Assembly: GCA_963749155.1 (NCBI GenBank)
Contig: CAVVLO010000001.1
Location: forward strand, 288,001 to 352,000
Length of the DNA stretch: 64,000 bases
Direction: 5' to 3'
Source of the DNA: an uncultured Armatimonadia bacterium
Lineage (GTDB): Bacteria > Armatimonadota > Zipacnadia > CAVVLO01
Every line of letters begins with the position of its first letter. Positions within the stretch are counted from its first letter, which is position 1. The notes under the pieces are model-generated. The model was not told the DNA's origin and did not search any database. It saw nothing but the letters and a program-made list of their open reading frames with translations. Shown piece by piece: positions 20,174 through 29,646 of this stretch. The translations under genes and the position numbers were made by a program.

Positions 20174-20213
20174 CCATCATCCATCCAGAAAAATCAGTTT
20201 GGGCGATTTTACC

Positions 20214-21440
20214 CTAGTTAGCCTGCTTTGCGCCCCTTGAATCAGGCGCAAGTTCTGCCACCAGTTGCTGCCAGGAGCCACTCTCGGTCTGATAGGTCGG
20301 CGGGGCTGGTTCAAGCCACTCCAACAGTACCTCTTTCAGCGCGAAGGCGAAAAAGTGGTTGCCGCTCGGGTTGTAGTGGCCGATGTAATAGCGCTGGATA
20401 TATTCCTCGGGCGTGATGCGGAAGTCGGCGAAGTCGCTTATATGGGCGCCCATCGAGTCCCAGAAAGGCCAGCCAGTTTTCGTCAGGAAATCCACGAGAG
20501 GCTGATCCCATCTGCGCTGCCCCTTGAGCGCGCAAAGCACATTGCCGAAGTCGTGAGAGAGGATAACCAGCAGCTTGCGTCCCTCGGCCTCGGCCCACTC
20601 GCGCATCCAGCCGAGGATGACCTCGGTCGCCTTGAGGGCCTCCAGCGTGAGTATCTCCTGAGCCAACCGCTTGTTGTCCTCGGGGGCGCCCCACTCACCG
20701 GCCAGTCCAAAAGCCTTCGCATGGGCCGCTAGCAACTCGCCTGCGTCCACCAGGCCCGTGTGCTGGGTATATATGGCTTGCGCGACAAAATCGGTCTTGA
20801 AAGTCTCGTAAATCCACTCCGAATCAGTCAGGTTATACAGCGACTCGGGAGTTGGGCATAAACTTGCTTCTTCAGAGAATCGCCCTGTGGCTGGATTGAA
20901 CTCCAGGTGGTCCCACGGATTGGCGTGGAACATCAGCGAGGCGACTTGCCTTGCGATTTCGGAGGGTTGCAACCTGATCATCCGCCAGGCATCCAGGCTC
21001 CGGTAATGGTCGTCGGGGAAGATATTGAAGAGGATATACTCGGCAGCCTGCTCCGTGGCCTCATGGCGCTGAAGACGCTTCCAGGCCTGATAAACCCCAT
21101 AACCGCCGACCCCATAATTGCGTATTGGCTCTCCGAAATGGGCGGCCAGATACTCTTGCCAGGTCTCGCCGTTGCTTACCTGGTGACACTGGGTGAAGCT
21201 GTCGCCATAGGTATTGATGCGGCAGGGACGATTTGCATAATTCACCCGCAATCGTTCGCCCGTCGGCTCATAATGGTAGATAGACAAGGCTCCGTCCATC
21301 CCATCCTGCATCACCGAATCGTGAAGCGTGTAGCCGAGTTCCGAATCGAACTGGGCCCACTTGGCGGCTTTGGGATCGAGAAAGCGGTCTACCTCTTCCC
21401 TCTTGCAAGTCACCGCTGAAACAAACTCATGAAAGTCCAT
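20214..21440 (-). CDS. SGNH-hydrolase-like hypothetical protein
   Basis: YGDSFT, NYGVGGYG and GHYNPSGNHFFA resemble SGNH blocks I, II and V; GGAGG RBS. Confidence 0.6.
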   Translation of the reverse strand: MDFHEFVSAVTCKREEVDRFLDPKAAKWAQFDSELGYTLHDSVMQDGMDGALSIYHYEPTGERLRVNYANRPCRINTYGDSFTQCHQVSNGETWQEYLAAHFGEPIRNYGVGGYGVYQAWKRLQRHEATEQAAEYILFNIFPDDHYRSLDAWRMIRLQPSEIARQVASLMFHANPWDHLEFNPATGRFSEEASLCPTPESLYNLTDSEWIYETFKTDFVAQAIYTQHTGLVDAGELLAAHAKAFGLAGEWGAPEDNKRLAQEILTLEALKATEVILGWMREWAEAEGRKLLVILSHDFGNVLCALKGQRRWDQPLVDFLTKTGWPFWDSMGAHISDFADFRITPEEYIQRYYIGHYNPSGNHFFAFALKEVLLEWLEPAPPTYQTESGSWQQLVAELAPDSRGAKQAN

Positions 21441-21487
21441 TGAAGAAACCTCCTCCCAGTGTTCGGAACCGGATTATGCTCCTTCGA

Positions 21488-21496
21488 TGCTATAAT
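21488..21496 (+). promoter_or_regulatory. Extended -10 promoter element
   Basis: TGcTATAAT on the plus strand, upstream of the small ORF at 21586. Confidence 0.6.
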
Positions 21497-21585
21497 GAAT
21501 AGGAAGCCCGTGCAACCGGGCCAGGCAGGACTCGGCACGTTCTCCGGCACGTGAAAGACTCGGACCACGAGTGGGAGGCGGAGTT

Positions 21586-21738
21586 ATGCATCGCAGTGGT
21601 ACAGGACTTAAGGCACGCAGGCCAGTGTTTCAACTCGCGCGCCAAACCTGGCGCAAGCAGTCAGGAAAGGCAGAAACCCCAGAAGAACGATTTTCCCAGG
21701 AGGCAGGCCGCGTAAAGCGGCATCCCAAAAGCGCCTAA
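21586..21738 (+). CDS. Putative 50-aa basic small protein
   Basis: GGGAGG RBS then ATG; MHRSGTGLKARRPVFQLARQTWRKQSGKAETPEERFSQEAGRVKRHPKSA*. Its stop overlaps that of the convergent gene. Below the ORF-track size cutoff. Confidence 0.5.
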   Translation: MHRSGTGLKARRPVFQLARQTWRKQSGKAETPEERFSQEAGRVKRHPKSA

Positions 21739-22811
21739 GGCTGCCTCTCATAAAGCTTGAAGCGCCCCTCGACGCTGTTCCAGGCATCCGCTTCGCCAGT
21801 GCCTGTCAGCACCAGCACAAAGCGTTGGCCGTTTTGGCTTGTCCATTTGGGCGCAAAGTTGCCATAGAACAAGGTCGGGGGCTGACCGGGCAGGGCCAGC
21901 CCGTCCCAGTATTTGACCGTGTGCCACGGTCCCCAGGGCTCTTGCGCCTCGAAAAGGCCCAGATTGCCCTGATGGGTGGTGCCGTGCTCGGTCATTAACA
22001 GATAGCGCTTCAGCCCTGCGTTATAAATCACACTGCAGACTGGTCCTGCGCCAGCGGCATCTTCGAACACAGGCTGGCGCGCTGAGAGTTCCTGGGTCCA
22101 AAGGGGCGCGCCGGTTTCAGCGAATCCTGCAAAGGCCTGCCACTTTTCGGCCTCCCACAGGCCTGATCTCGGTGCCCGCAGCAGGTCCAGCCTGCCAGGT
22201 CGTTGGCAGTCCCATTTACCCTTTCCGTCCAGGCGTAGAAAATACGCATACACGTATTCATCTCTCGCCCCTTCATAGCCTCGCCCGAACTGACAGAAAG
22301 CAGGCATCGCCAGGCCCTCAACCTGGGTAAAGGCCCAGTCGGCCTGCTCCCAGGTATGCCCATCGTCCAGCGAACGCGCCAGGTGTGTCTGAGTGTAACT
22401 AGCTGCACCCGAACCGGGACCGAAAAACATGTAGAGAAACGTGTCCAGGGAGAGAAGGCCGTAGCTCTTGCCCGTCAGCGTCGCCGGCGCCTCGGGCTCG
22501 TTGCCGCCCCAGATGTTTTGCCCCTCGTAGCAGCACTTCTCCCCCAGGATGCGAGCCAGACCGAGACTTACCCGCCCTTCGGAATTCGTTCCCCCGAAAC
22601 CGCCGCCATCGCCCCAGGTGGCATACATATTGTCATCGGCGCCCCAGGTCAGTGGCCAGTTGTCGCTGCCGGGGGCAAGGACTTTGAGGGTTTTCCAGTC
22701 GAGAGTTATGTCCGCGATTAACTCGCTTGGGGGACAGGGGGCATCCGGAAAGCCGGCGCCTGGCGCCAGCAGAAGCAAGAGCAGCAAGCCGACCTTGATG
22801 AGGTTGGGCAA
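21735..22811 (-). CDS. Secreted DUF4185-like beta-propeller glycosidase candidate
   Basis: Signal peptide; SDNWPLTWGADDNMYATWGDGGGF, FCQFGRGY, SVIYNAGLKRYLL, EAQEPWGPW. Confidence 0.55.
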   Translation of the reverse strand: MPNLIKVGLLLLLLLAPGAGFPDAPCPPSELIADITLDWKTLKVLAPGSDNWPLTWGADDNMYATWGDGGGFGGTNSEGRVSLGLARILGEKCCYEGQNIWGGNEPEAPATLTGKSYGLLSLDTFLYMFFGPGSGAASYTQTHLARSLDDGHTWEQADWAFTQVEGLAMPAFCQFGRGYEGARDEYVYAYFLRLDGKGKWDCQRPGRLDLLRAPRSGLWEAEKWQAFAGFAETGAPLWTQELSARQPVFEDAAGAGPVCSVIYNAGLKRYLLMTEHGTTHQGNLGLFEAQEPWGPWHTVKYWDGLALPGQPPTLFYGNFAPKWTSQNGQRFVLVLTGTGEADAWNSVEGRFKLYERQP

Positions 22812-22869
22812 GTGTTACCTCCCTGACGTGAGGCTGCCTGCTTACTTATTATACAACGGTATTGGCGCT

Positions 22870-23726
22870 TCAGAACTGGCCTTTTTCGAGGGCATCACGT
22901 GCCGCCTCCGCAAGCTGCCCGCCCAGCTCGCGCCAGGAGAGCAGACTGTTACCCTTATGGGGTACAGGCAGGCTTGGGAAGCCTGCGCTCAAGGTCCACT
23001 TCTCCGGTCATCAGGCCAGTGCAATGCAGCCCGGCATGAGCCACAATCTGTCCCATCGGGTCAAGCAGGTAACTGTCTCCATAGCCTACCCCGTTATAGC
23101 TGAAGCCAGCATCCTCTGTGCCGCCTGCCGTGTTGGCCCTGAGGAACCAGACGCCGTTCTCGACGGCCCGCGCGACATGGTCATGACGCACCATATAGAA
23201 ATGCGGGACCACCCAGCCCTTCTCCAGGAAGTTGTAATGAGGCGCAAATATGATGCGAGCCCCTTTGAGCGCCAAGATCCGGCTCGGTTCTATGAAGGCG
23301 CCATCCGCACAGATGATGACGCCAAATTTCGTCCCCTTGCGCTCGAAGACGGGGAACTCTCGCCCGGGAGTGGTGAAGGCAAAACAGGGGAAGGCCTTGC
23401 TGTAGCGCCCGAGCAGCTTGCCGCGTTCGGCCACCAGTACCGTGTTGTAGAGGGCCTCGCCTCGCAGCTCGTTGAAGCCCACCATGAAAGTGGCTTCGAA
23501 CCTGGCTGTCGCCTCGAGCAACTTCTCAATCTGAGGACTAGTGAAGGCAAAAGCTGTCCTCCTGGCGTCTTCCTCGCGCTCGAAATAGCCTGTCAAGCAG
23601 CGACTCGGGGAAGGCCAGTATCTCGACGCCCTCCTTTTCACCCGCCTCCAGCCCCTTGAGCACGGTGGCCAGATTCGCCTCGAAGTCGCCGTGGACACTG
23701 TTGCACTGATAACAACCGACTTTCAT
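22870..23726 (-). CDS. Carbon-nitrogen hydrolase (nitrilase superfamily); frameshifts near 23600 and 22980
   Basis: Catalytic E-K-C triad in LAFPES, GRYSKAF and GVIICADG; VARAVENG and GDSYLLDPMG; tail ...AARDALEKGQF* in a third frame. Confidence 0.85.
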
Positions 23727-23750
23727 GTTTCCCTTCCTCGGGCGCAGATT

Positions 23751-25268
23751 CTACTGCTCCTCCTCCACCTCAATCATCAGCAGCATATGCGGATTGCTGT
23801 CCAGATAGACCTCCGGTGGATTGCCGTGCAACTCATACTGGTACCACTCCGACTGACACTCGATGTTTATGGTAAAGGTCTTCGAGTCGCCGTATACATT
23901 GCGCACGGTCGGCACCTTCCACTCGAACACATCGCCAATCAGGTTGGGATGGGCGCCCGAGTTCTTCACTGTGCCTGGGTTGTCGTAAGCCTTCCAGGTG
24001 TAAGCCTCTTTCACCATCATCGTGCGGTGCTCGTAAGGCCCCCCGTAGAGTGTCGAGGTATAATGCAGCTCGAAGGGATTCTCGGTGATGATGTTCACAT
24101 TGTCGCCCCGATATTTATGGTCGGTGCATATGTACCGGTAGGTCTGGTAGAGCAGCACCTGGAGAGTCAGCACACCGCTGGAGGGCACCTGGACGACGTT
24201 GTTGCCTGGATACTTCATCTCCTTTCCGTTCACCCAGAGCTTCTGGTTGCCGTCCGTGCGCACCAGCACTTCCTTGCGGCCCGGCTGATAGGTGCGCTCG
24301 CCCTGCAGCAGTTCGACAAGCCACTGGTGACGTTGCTCGGCGGACAGGTATCGCACCTGCTCCCACCAGTTGAGGTAGTTCTTGCCCCAGTCGGCCGGTC
24401 GCACGCCCCCGGTGATCTCGAGACACTCGGCTCGCAGGCCGTGGAAGTCCTCTGTGCTGATGCGGCCGCAGTCCAGATCCCAGTCTTCCATATGCTCAGG
24501 GTTGAGTATGAAGTCGATGGTGTCCGCGAGGCACTTGTCCACGATGGACTGCCAATCCGAGCGCAGCATAGAGACTGTTAGTTGGACCTGGTTCGCCGCG
24601 GCCACTTCGGCCACCAGCTTCCCCCGCATCACCTTTACGCTGCCTTCGAGTTCCTTCTGAGAGATGCCCGAGACTGACGAGACCAGCCAGTAAGGGATGT
24701 CGAAGGCGATCTTGTCCTCCGGCTTGCGCAAACTCTTCGTCAGGTAGGCGGTGAACTGGATCTCCATTGCGGCATGCTTGGCCTTGCCACCGCTGTCGAG
24801 GAACTCGTAGATGTCTCCGCACTGGGCGTTCACCTTGGGGTGGATGGCCAGGTCGACCGCACAGTGGCTCAGCCAGCCAAGTCCAAAGGCCATCGCTTTT
24901 TCGGCCTCTTTCAGCTTTCCAGCGCGCTTCGGGTCGCTAGCGGGAAGCTTGGCAGCGGCTTCCCAGGCGTCTTCTGCCTGGTTTATGAGCCTCTGCGGTA
25001 GCTCTGTAGTCTGTCCATAATGGGCCTTGGCAACCAGGCAGGCCAGGTCAGGAGCAATGGCGCCATTACAAAAAGCATTGAGGCACGAAGGCTCTCGTAG
25101 CAGCACTCCTAGTTCATCGGCCTCCACCATATATTTGAGTTTTTCGGCGGAGCGTTTGGCGATGTAGAAATGCCCCACTCCGCCCGCCGCGTTCGCCACC
25201 GAGGCTAACAGGCTGAACAGCAGGGCCAGGAGAATCCAGAACGTTAGCAGCTTGCCAGATTGAGACAC
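23751..25268 (-). CDS. Secreted zinc-dependent phospholipase C-family protein with a beta-rich C-terminal domain
   Basis: Signal peptide, then GHFYIA, GAIAPDL, GWLSHCAVDLAIHP and KHAAME Zn-ligand pattern. Confidence 0.75.
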   Translation of the reverse strand: MSQSGKLLTFWILLALLFSLLASVANAAGGVGHFYIAKRSAEKLKYMVEADELGVLLREPSCLNAFCNGAIAPDLACLVAKAHYGQTTELPQRLINQAEDAWEAAAKLPASDPKRAGKLKEAEKAMAFGLGWLSHCAVDLAIHPKVNAQCGDIYEFLDSGGKAKHAAMEIQFTAYLTKSLRKPEDKIAFDIPYWLVSSVSGISQKELEGSVKVMRGKLVAEVAAANQVQLTVSMLRSDWQSIVDKCLADTIDFILNPEHMEDWDLDCGRISTEDFHGLRAECLEITGGVRPADWGKNYLNWWEQVRYLSAEQRHQWLVELLQGERTYQPGRKEVLVRTDGNQKLWVNGKEMKYPGNNVVQVPSSGVLTLQVLLYQTYRYICTDHKYRGDNVNIITENPFELHYTSTLYGGPYEHRTMMVKEAYTWKAYDNPGTVKNSGAHPNLIGDVFEWKVPTVRNVYGDSKTFTINIECQSEWYQYELHGNPPEVYLDSNPHMLLMIEVEEEQ

Positions 25269-25450
25269 TAGTAACCTCCCCAGAACCAGGGCTCGGTGTC
25301 ACTTGCACTCTCTTTCGACTTCTGCAAGGCGTCTTCCTCCCACTGCCTCTCAAGCTGGCAAGGGGGAGAGTGACCTCGCGCATCGAAACAGGCCCCTGTA
25401 AGGTCTTGTATCTAGCGAGGTGACTAGTGATGTCTGTGAGGTGCGCTGGG

Positions 25451-26494
25451 ATGGAGTTCGCTGTGCTGGTTATCCTGTTTTCCGGCTTGTGGCTGCTGGG
25501 TGGCTTTGCCGTAGCCGACGATGAAATGACCTGGGTGGATGCCCACACCCTTACCGTCGAGGGCCAGGGCTGGACCGAAACCGAGGCTCCCTGGGACCGC
25601 CTGCCTGCCAAAGCCCAGGGTGTGGTCCGCGACGTGGTCTGGCAAATTGGAAAAGAGACAGCAGGCATATGCGTGCGTTTCCAGACAAGCGCTACGACGC
25701 TGCGCGTGCGGTGGGAGGTAGGCCCGAACCTGGCGATGCCACATATGCCTGCCACCGGCGTCAGCGGTGTGGATCTCTACGCGAAGACCGATACAGGTTG
25801 GCGATTCGTAAACAATGGGCGACCAGGTAGTCAGGTAAACGAGGCAGCTTTTGCGCCAGGCCAGGCGCCCGAACTGTGCCTTTATCTGCCCCTTTACAAC
25901 GTGACCAAATCGGTGCAGATCGGTATCCCGGCGGGTGAGACTATCACTCCCGCGCCGGTGCGCGGCAAGCCGATTGTCTTTTATGGTACCTCCATTACTC
26001 AAGGGGGATGCGCCTCAAGGCCCGGGATGGCCGCCACCAATATCGTCGGGCGCAAGTTGCAGATGCCAACCCTCAACCTGGGCTTCTCGGGCAGCGCATG
26101 GAGCGAGCCTGAGATGGCCGATTTGATGGCCGAACTCGACCCGGCGGTCTACGTCCTGGACCCGTTATGGAATATGTCGCCCGATATGGTGCGAGACAAG
26201 ATACCTCCCTTCGTGCATATCTTGCGCGCCGCTCATCCGACGACACCCATCCTGCTGGTGGAGGACTGCACTATCCGGGGCATCATCCCGACTGAGATGG
26301 GCAAGGTGCTGCGCGACGTCTACGCAAAACTCCAGGAGGAAGGCGTGCCTGAGGTGTACTTCCTGTCGGCCGAGGGGATGCTCGGGCCTGATGATGAGGG
26401 CACGGTGGATGGCGTCCACGCGACAGACCTTGGCTTTATGTACCAGGCCGAGGCCTTCGCGAAAGCCTTGCGACCTATACTGGGGCTCGAATAA
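25451..26494 (+). CDS. SGNH/GDSL hydrolase with N-terminal GxDLY domain (putative carbohydrate esterase)
   Basis: GVSGVDLY, YLPLYN, FYGTSITQGGCASRPG, NLGFSG, DGVHATDLG; signal peptide. Confidence 0.9.
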   Translation: MEFAVLVILFSGLWLLGGFAVADDEMTWVDAHTLTVEGQGWTETEAPWDRLPAKAQGVVRDVVWQIGKETAGICVRFQTSATTLRVRWEVGPNLAMPHMPATGVSGVDLYAKTDTGWRFVNNGRPGSQVNEAAFAPGQAPELCLYLPLYNVTKSVQIGIPAGETITPAPVRGKPIVFYGTSITQGGCASRPGMAATNIVGRKLQMPTLNLGFSGSAWSEPEMADLMAELDPAVYVLDPLWNMSPDMVRDKIPPFVHILRAAHPTTPILLVEDCTIRGIIPTEMGKVLRDVYAKLQEEGVPEVYFLSAEGMLGPDDEGTVDGVHATDLGFMYQAEAFAKALRPILGLE

Positions 26495-26545
26495 GTAGTC
26501 AGAAGCCTTGAAATCGAATCAACTCACCTGACCGGAGGCCTTACG

Positions 26546-28520
26546 ATGCCGAAGTTGGAATTTCCAAAGCGCACAGTCCATCTCGATTTCCACACCGGAC
26601 CCTGGGTGCCAGATGTCGGTTGGGATTTTGACCCTGATGAGTTCGCAGCCGCCTTCAAGCGCGCCCACGTGGACAGTGTCACCGTCTTCGCGAAGTGCCA
26701 TCATGGGCAGCTCTACTATCAGACCGAGCATCCAGCGCGCCATCCGAGCCTGCCAGCAGGCCTCGACCTCACCGGCCAGCAGATTGAAGCGCTGCACAAA
26801 GTCGGCATCCGGGCGCCTCTCTATATCAGCGTCCAGTGCGATGAGTTCGCCGCCAATACCCATCCCGAATGGATTTGCCTGGATGCCGAGGGGCGCCAGG
26901 TGCATTCCGGCGGGCCGCTCAATGCCGCCTGGCAGATAGTGGATATGTCCAGCCCCTATCAGGACTATCTCGCAGAGCAAATCCAGGAGGTGCTGGACCG
27001 CTTTGCGCCGGTGGATGGGCTCTTCCTTGATATGTGCTGGGACCAGCCAAGTCTGTCGAAGTGGGCTCTTGCGGGGATGAAGCAGCAGGGCTTCGACCCC
27101 AAGATTGAGGCCGACCGGTTGCAGTATTCCCGCTGGGTCGTGCATCAATATATGGCGCGCTTCAAGGCGATGCTGGATAAAGCTCAGCCGAAGTCGAAAC
27201 CCGCTGGCGTGTGGTTCAACAGCCGCCCCAAGACGAACCTCGACTACGAGCAACGCTTCCTCAGACACGTGGAGATAGAGGCCCTGCCGACCGGCGGGTG
27301 GGGGTATATGTACTTCCCGTACGTGGCGCGGTTCGTTAGGCCCCTTGGCCTGCCCACACTGAGCCATACGGGGCGGTTCTTCAAGAGCTGGGGCGACAAT
27401 ACTTCGCTCAAGCCCGAGGCGGCCCTGAAGTACGAGTGCTGCCAGATCCTCAGCCAGGGGATGACCCTCGGCGTAGGCGATCTCCTCCACCCGCGCGGAG
27501 TACCCAGCCCTGCCGTCTACGACCTGATTGGGAAGGTCTACAGCTACATCGAGCAGTGCGAGCCCTGGGTCGAGGGGGGCAAGCTGGCAAGTCAGATCGC
27601 CCTGGTGATGCCTCCAGAGCTAGGCGACAATCCCGGCCCTTCCGGCCTTGGCGCAACGCGGGCGCTGGTGCAGCTTCAGCACCAGTTCGATGTCGTTTCG
27701 CCCACTGCGGACCTGTCAGGATACGAGCTGGTTATCGTCCCCGAGTGCACCCGCGTGGAGGCGGGGTTTGGAGACTCGCTGAAGACTTATCTGGCTCAGG
27801 GAGGCGCTCTGCTGATTGTCGGCCCGGCCGCGCTGGATGAAGCGGGGAAGCCTGTGCTGGCTGAGCTTGGCATCCAGGCGCATGGAGAAAGCCCTTACAG
27901 CCATACCTTCCTGCGGGCGGGCAAACAGGTGAGGGCCGGCCTTGCGGACTACGACTATGTGATGTATGACCGTGGCTTCAGGATGACCCCTGCGAAGGGC
28001 GCGACCTCGCTGGTGAAGGTCGGCGAGCCCTACTTCGAGCGCGCCTGGGATCACTTCTCCGGTCACGAATACACTCCGGAAGACAAGCTGTCGAAGTATT
28101 CCGCAGTGGTGCAGCACGGGAAGGCCATCACGGTCTCGGTACCGCTGCTCGAGGCATACGGAAGGCATGCGGCGCCCAACTACCGCACGTTGCTTGCCAA
28201 CCTCATCTCTCTGCTGTTGCCGAAACCACTGGTAAAAGCCGAGGGCCCAAGCGCGCTGCAGACGACGGTCGTGAAGCGCGGCAAGCGCACCCTCGTGCAC
28301 GTGCTGAGCTATCTGCCCGAGCGCCGCGCGGACGGCCTCGACCTCGTGGAGGAGCCCTTCCCGCTGGTGGATATGCCGCTTTCGATCAAACTGGACGCCG
28401 CCCCGAAGCGTGTCTTCCTCGCCCCTGAAGAGCGCGAAGTGCCCTTCAAGTGGGACGGACGAATACGCTACGGTAAAACTGACCTGCCTGACCGGCCATG
28501 TGATGGTGGTGGCGGAGTAG
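26546..28520 (+). CDS. GH151-like alpha-L-fucosidase with GATase-like trimerisation domain; frameshift near 28460
   Basis: RTVHLDFHT, FAKCHHG, DGLFLDM, EIEALPTGGWGY, TGRFFKSWGD, GDLLHPRG. The alternative frame ends GHVMVVAE* at 28520. Confidence 0.8.
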
Positions 28521-28529
28521 GAGCCAACC

Positions 28530-29030
28530 TTACTTCTTCTTCCGGTCGGCCATCGGCGTGGCGCTGGTGGCGATGCTGAAGGGGCCGCGTTTCTCGTGGC
28601 CGCAGAGTTCGCATTTTACGATTTCGAGGCCGCTGTATTGTCGTTCCGTCACGTGAGTAAGCAGTCTGCACCGCTCGCAAAAGACCCACTGCCGGTTGGG
28701 GTTCTGGATGCAGGCGGGGCAGAGCCCGACGCCAGCAAAGCCGAAGGGCGCGGCTACTTGGCCAGGCTGTGAGAGGGACGCCTGACCGTAACGCAGCGCC
28801 GGAGGCAGCACATTGTCGTCGAAGTGCTGGAATCCGAAAAGGGTGTAGCGACCGGTCTCATCCACCGATTGCAAGGTTACGAAATAGAGGTGGTATAGGG
28901 GACAGAGGGTCAGCAGGCGCACGCCCGCGAAGCCGAACGGCTCTGCCGGAATAACACTGCGCCGCCTGATGAGGCGAGGCTGCTCCTCGTCCGGCTGCAG
29001 GTTGTCATCGCCCAACACCACGCGCCTCAT
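28530..29030 (-). CDS. Cys-rich putative zinc-binding protein
   Basis: CPAC, CERC and CELC; ATGA overlap with the upstream RING gene; GGGTGAGG RBS. Confidence 0.6.
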   Translation of the reverse strand: MRRVVLGDDNLQPDEEQPRLIRRRSVIPAEPFGFAGVRLLTLCPLYHLYFVTLQSVDETGRYTLFGFQHFDDNVLPPALRYGQASLSQPGQVAAPFGFAGVGLCPACIQNPNRQWVFCERCRLLTHVTERQYSGLEIVKCELCGHEKRGPFSIATSATPMADRKKK

Positions 29031-29545
29031 TCCTCACCCTCCCGACCCCTGCGTCTGGTGGCGCGCAAGTGGGTGGTAACCCCGTCGAGCCAAGGCAGGA
29101 CCACGATCAGGCTCCACACAAAAGCTCCAGCCAGGGCAACTTCCATCACTGTCTGAGGCCCTCCGCGCAGCCCCAGTAGCACCAAGAACCCCGAGCCCGC
29201 TGCCACTACCAGCAACAGCGCCAGTATTGCCCAGTAGGCGCAGGTCAGGAGCAGTCTCGCGCCTGTGAGTTCGGAGCCTGCCCGGCGGGCCCTGCGTAGG
29301 CCCTGTTCCTGCCCGGGCGCGAGGGGGAGCCTTCCTCCGACGGGCACGAAGTTGGTATTGGGAGAAACCTCGAGGGTGGCGTGGCGGGCTTCCGGGTTGG
29401 CCGACCGGCACCCGTAGACCGCGCAACCGCCGTTCTCCTCCCAGCACTCGCTGTGATGCGGCACTTGGCAGGAGGGGCAGACGACCTCCTCGTCCCTCGG
29501 AGTCACCTCGGTCTGGCAGTAAGGGCATAGCTTCCGGCTGCTCAA
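29027..29545 (-). CDS. Prokaryotic RING finger (Prok-RING_1-like) protein with two C-terminal TM helices
   Basis: CPYC-x11-CPSC-x3-HHSECW-x5-C-x4-C; two hydrophobic segments; TTG start with GGAGG. Confidence 0.85.
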   Translation of the reverse strand: MSSRKLCPYCQTEVTPRDEEVVCPSCQVPHHSECWEENGGCAVYGCRSANPEARHATLEVSPNTNFVPVGGRLPLAPGQEQGLRRARRAGSELTGARLLLTCAYWAILALLLVVAAGSGFLVLLGLRGGPQTVMEVALAGAFVWSLIVVLPWLDGVTTHLRATRRRGREGEE

Positions 29546-29588
29546 AGCGGTCGCGCCTCCGGCTTCCAGTATACCTCAGCTCGGGCAC

Positions 29589-29621
29589 AAGAAGGGGGAG
29601 CCTTTGGGGCTCCCCCTTTCT
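29589..29621 (-). terminator. Terminator after the GH38 gene
   Basis: aagggggagcc / ggctccccctt stem 26 nt after the stop. Confidence 0.8.
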
Positions 29622-29646
29622 GTGTTGCTTCACTTGGTGGTAGCTG

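Noticed and set aside
21500..21730. Known housekeeping RNA (tRNA, SRP, 6S, tmRNA, RNase P)
   Set aside because: No diagnostic motif recognised by eye; an Rfam scan is still needed to exclude other RNAs.
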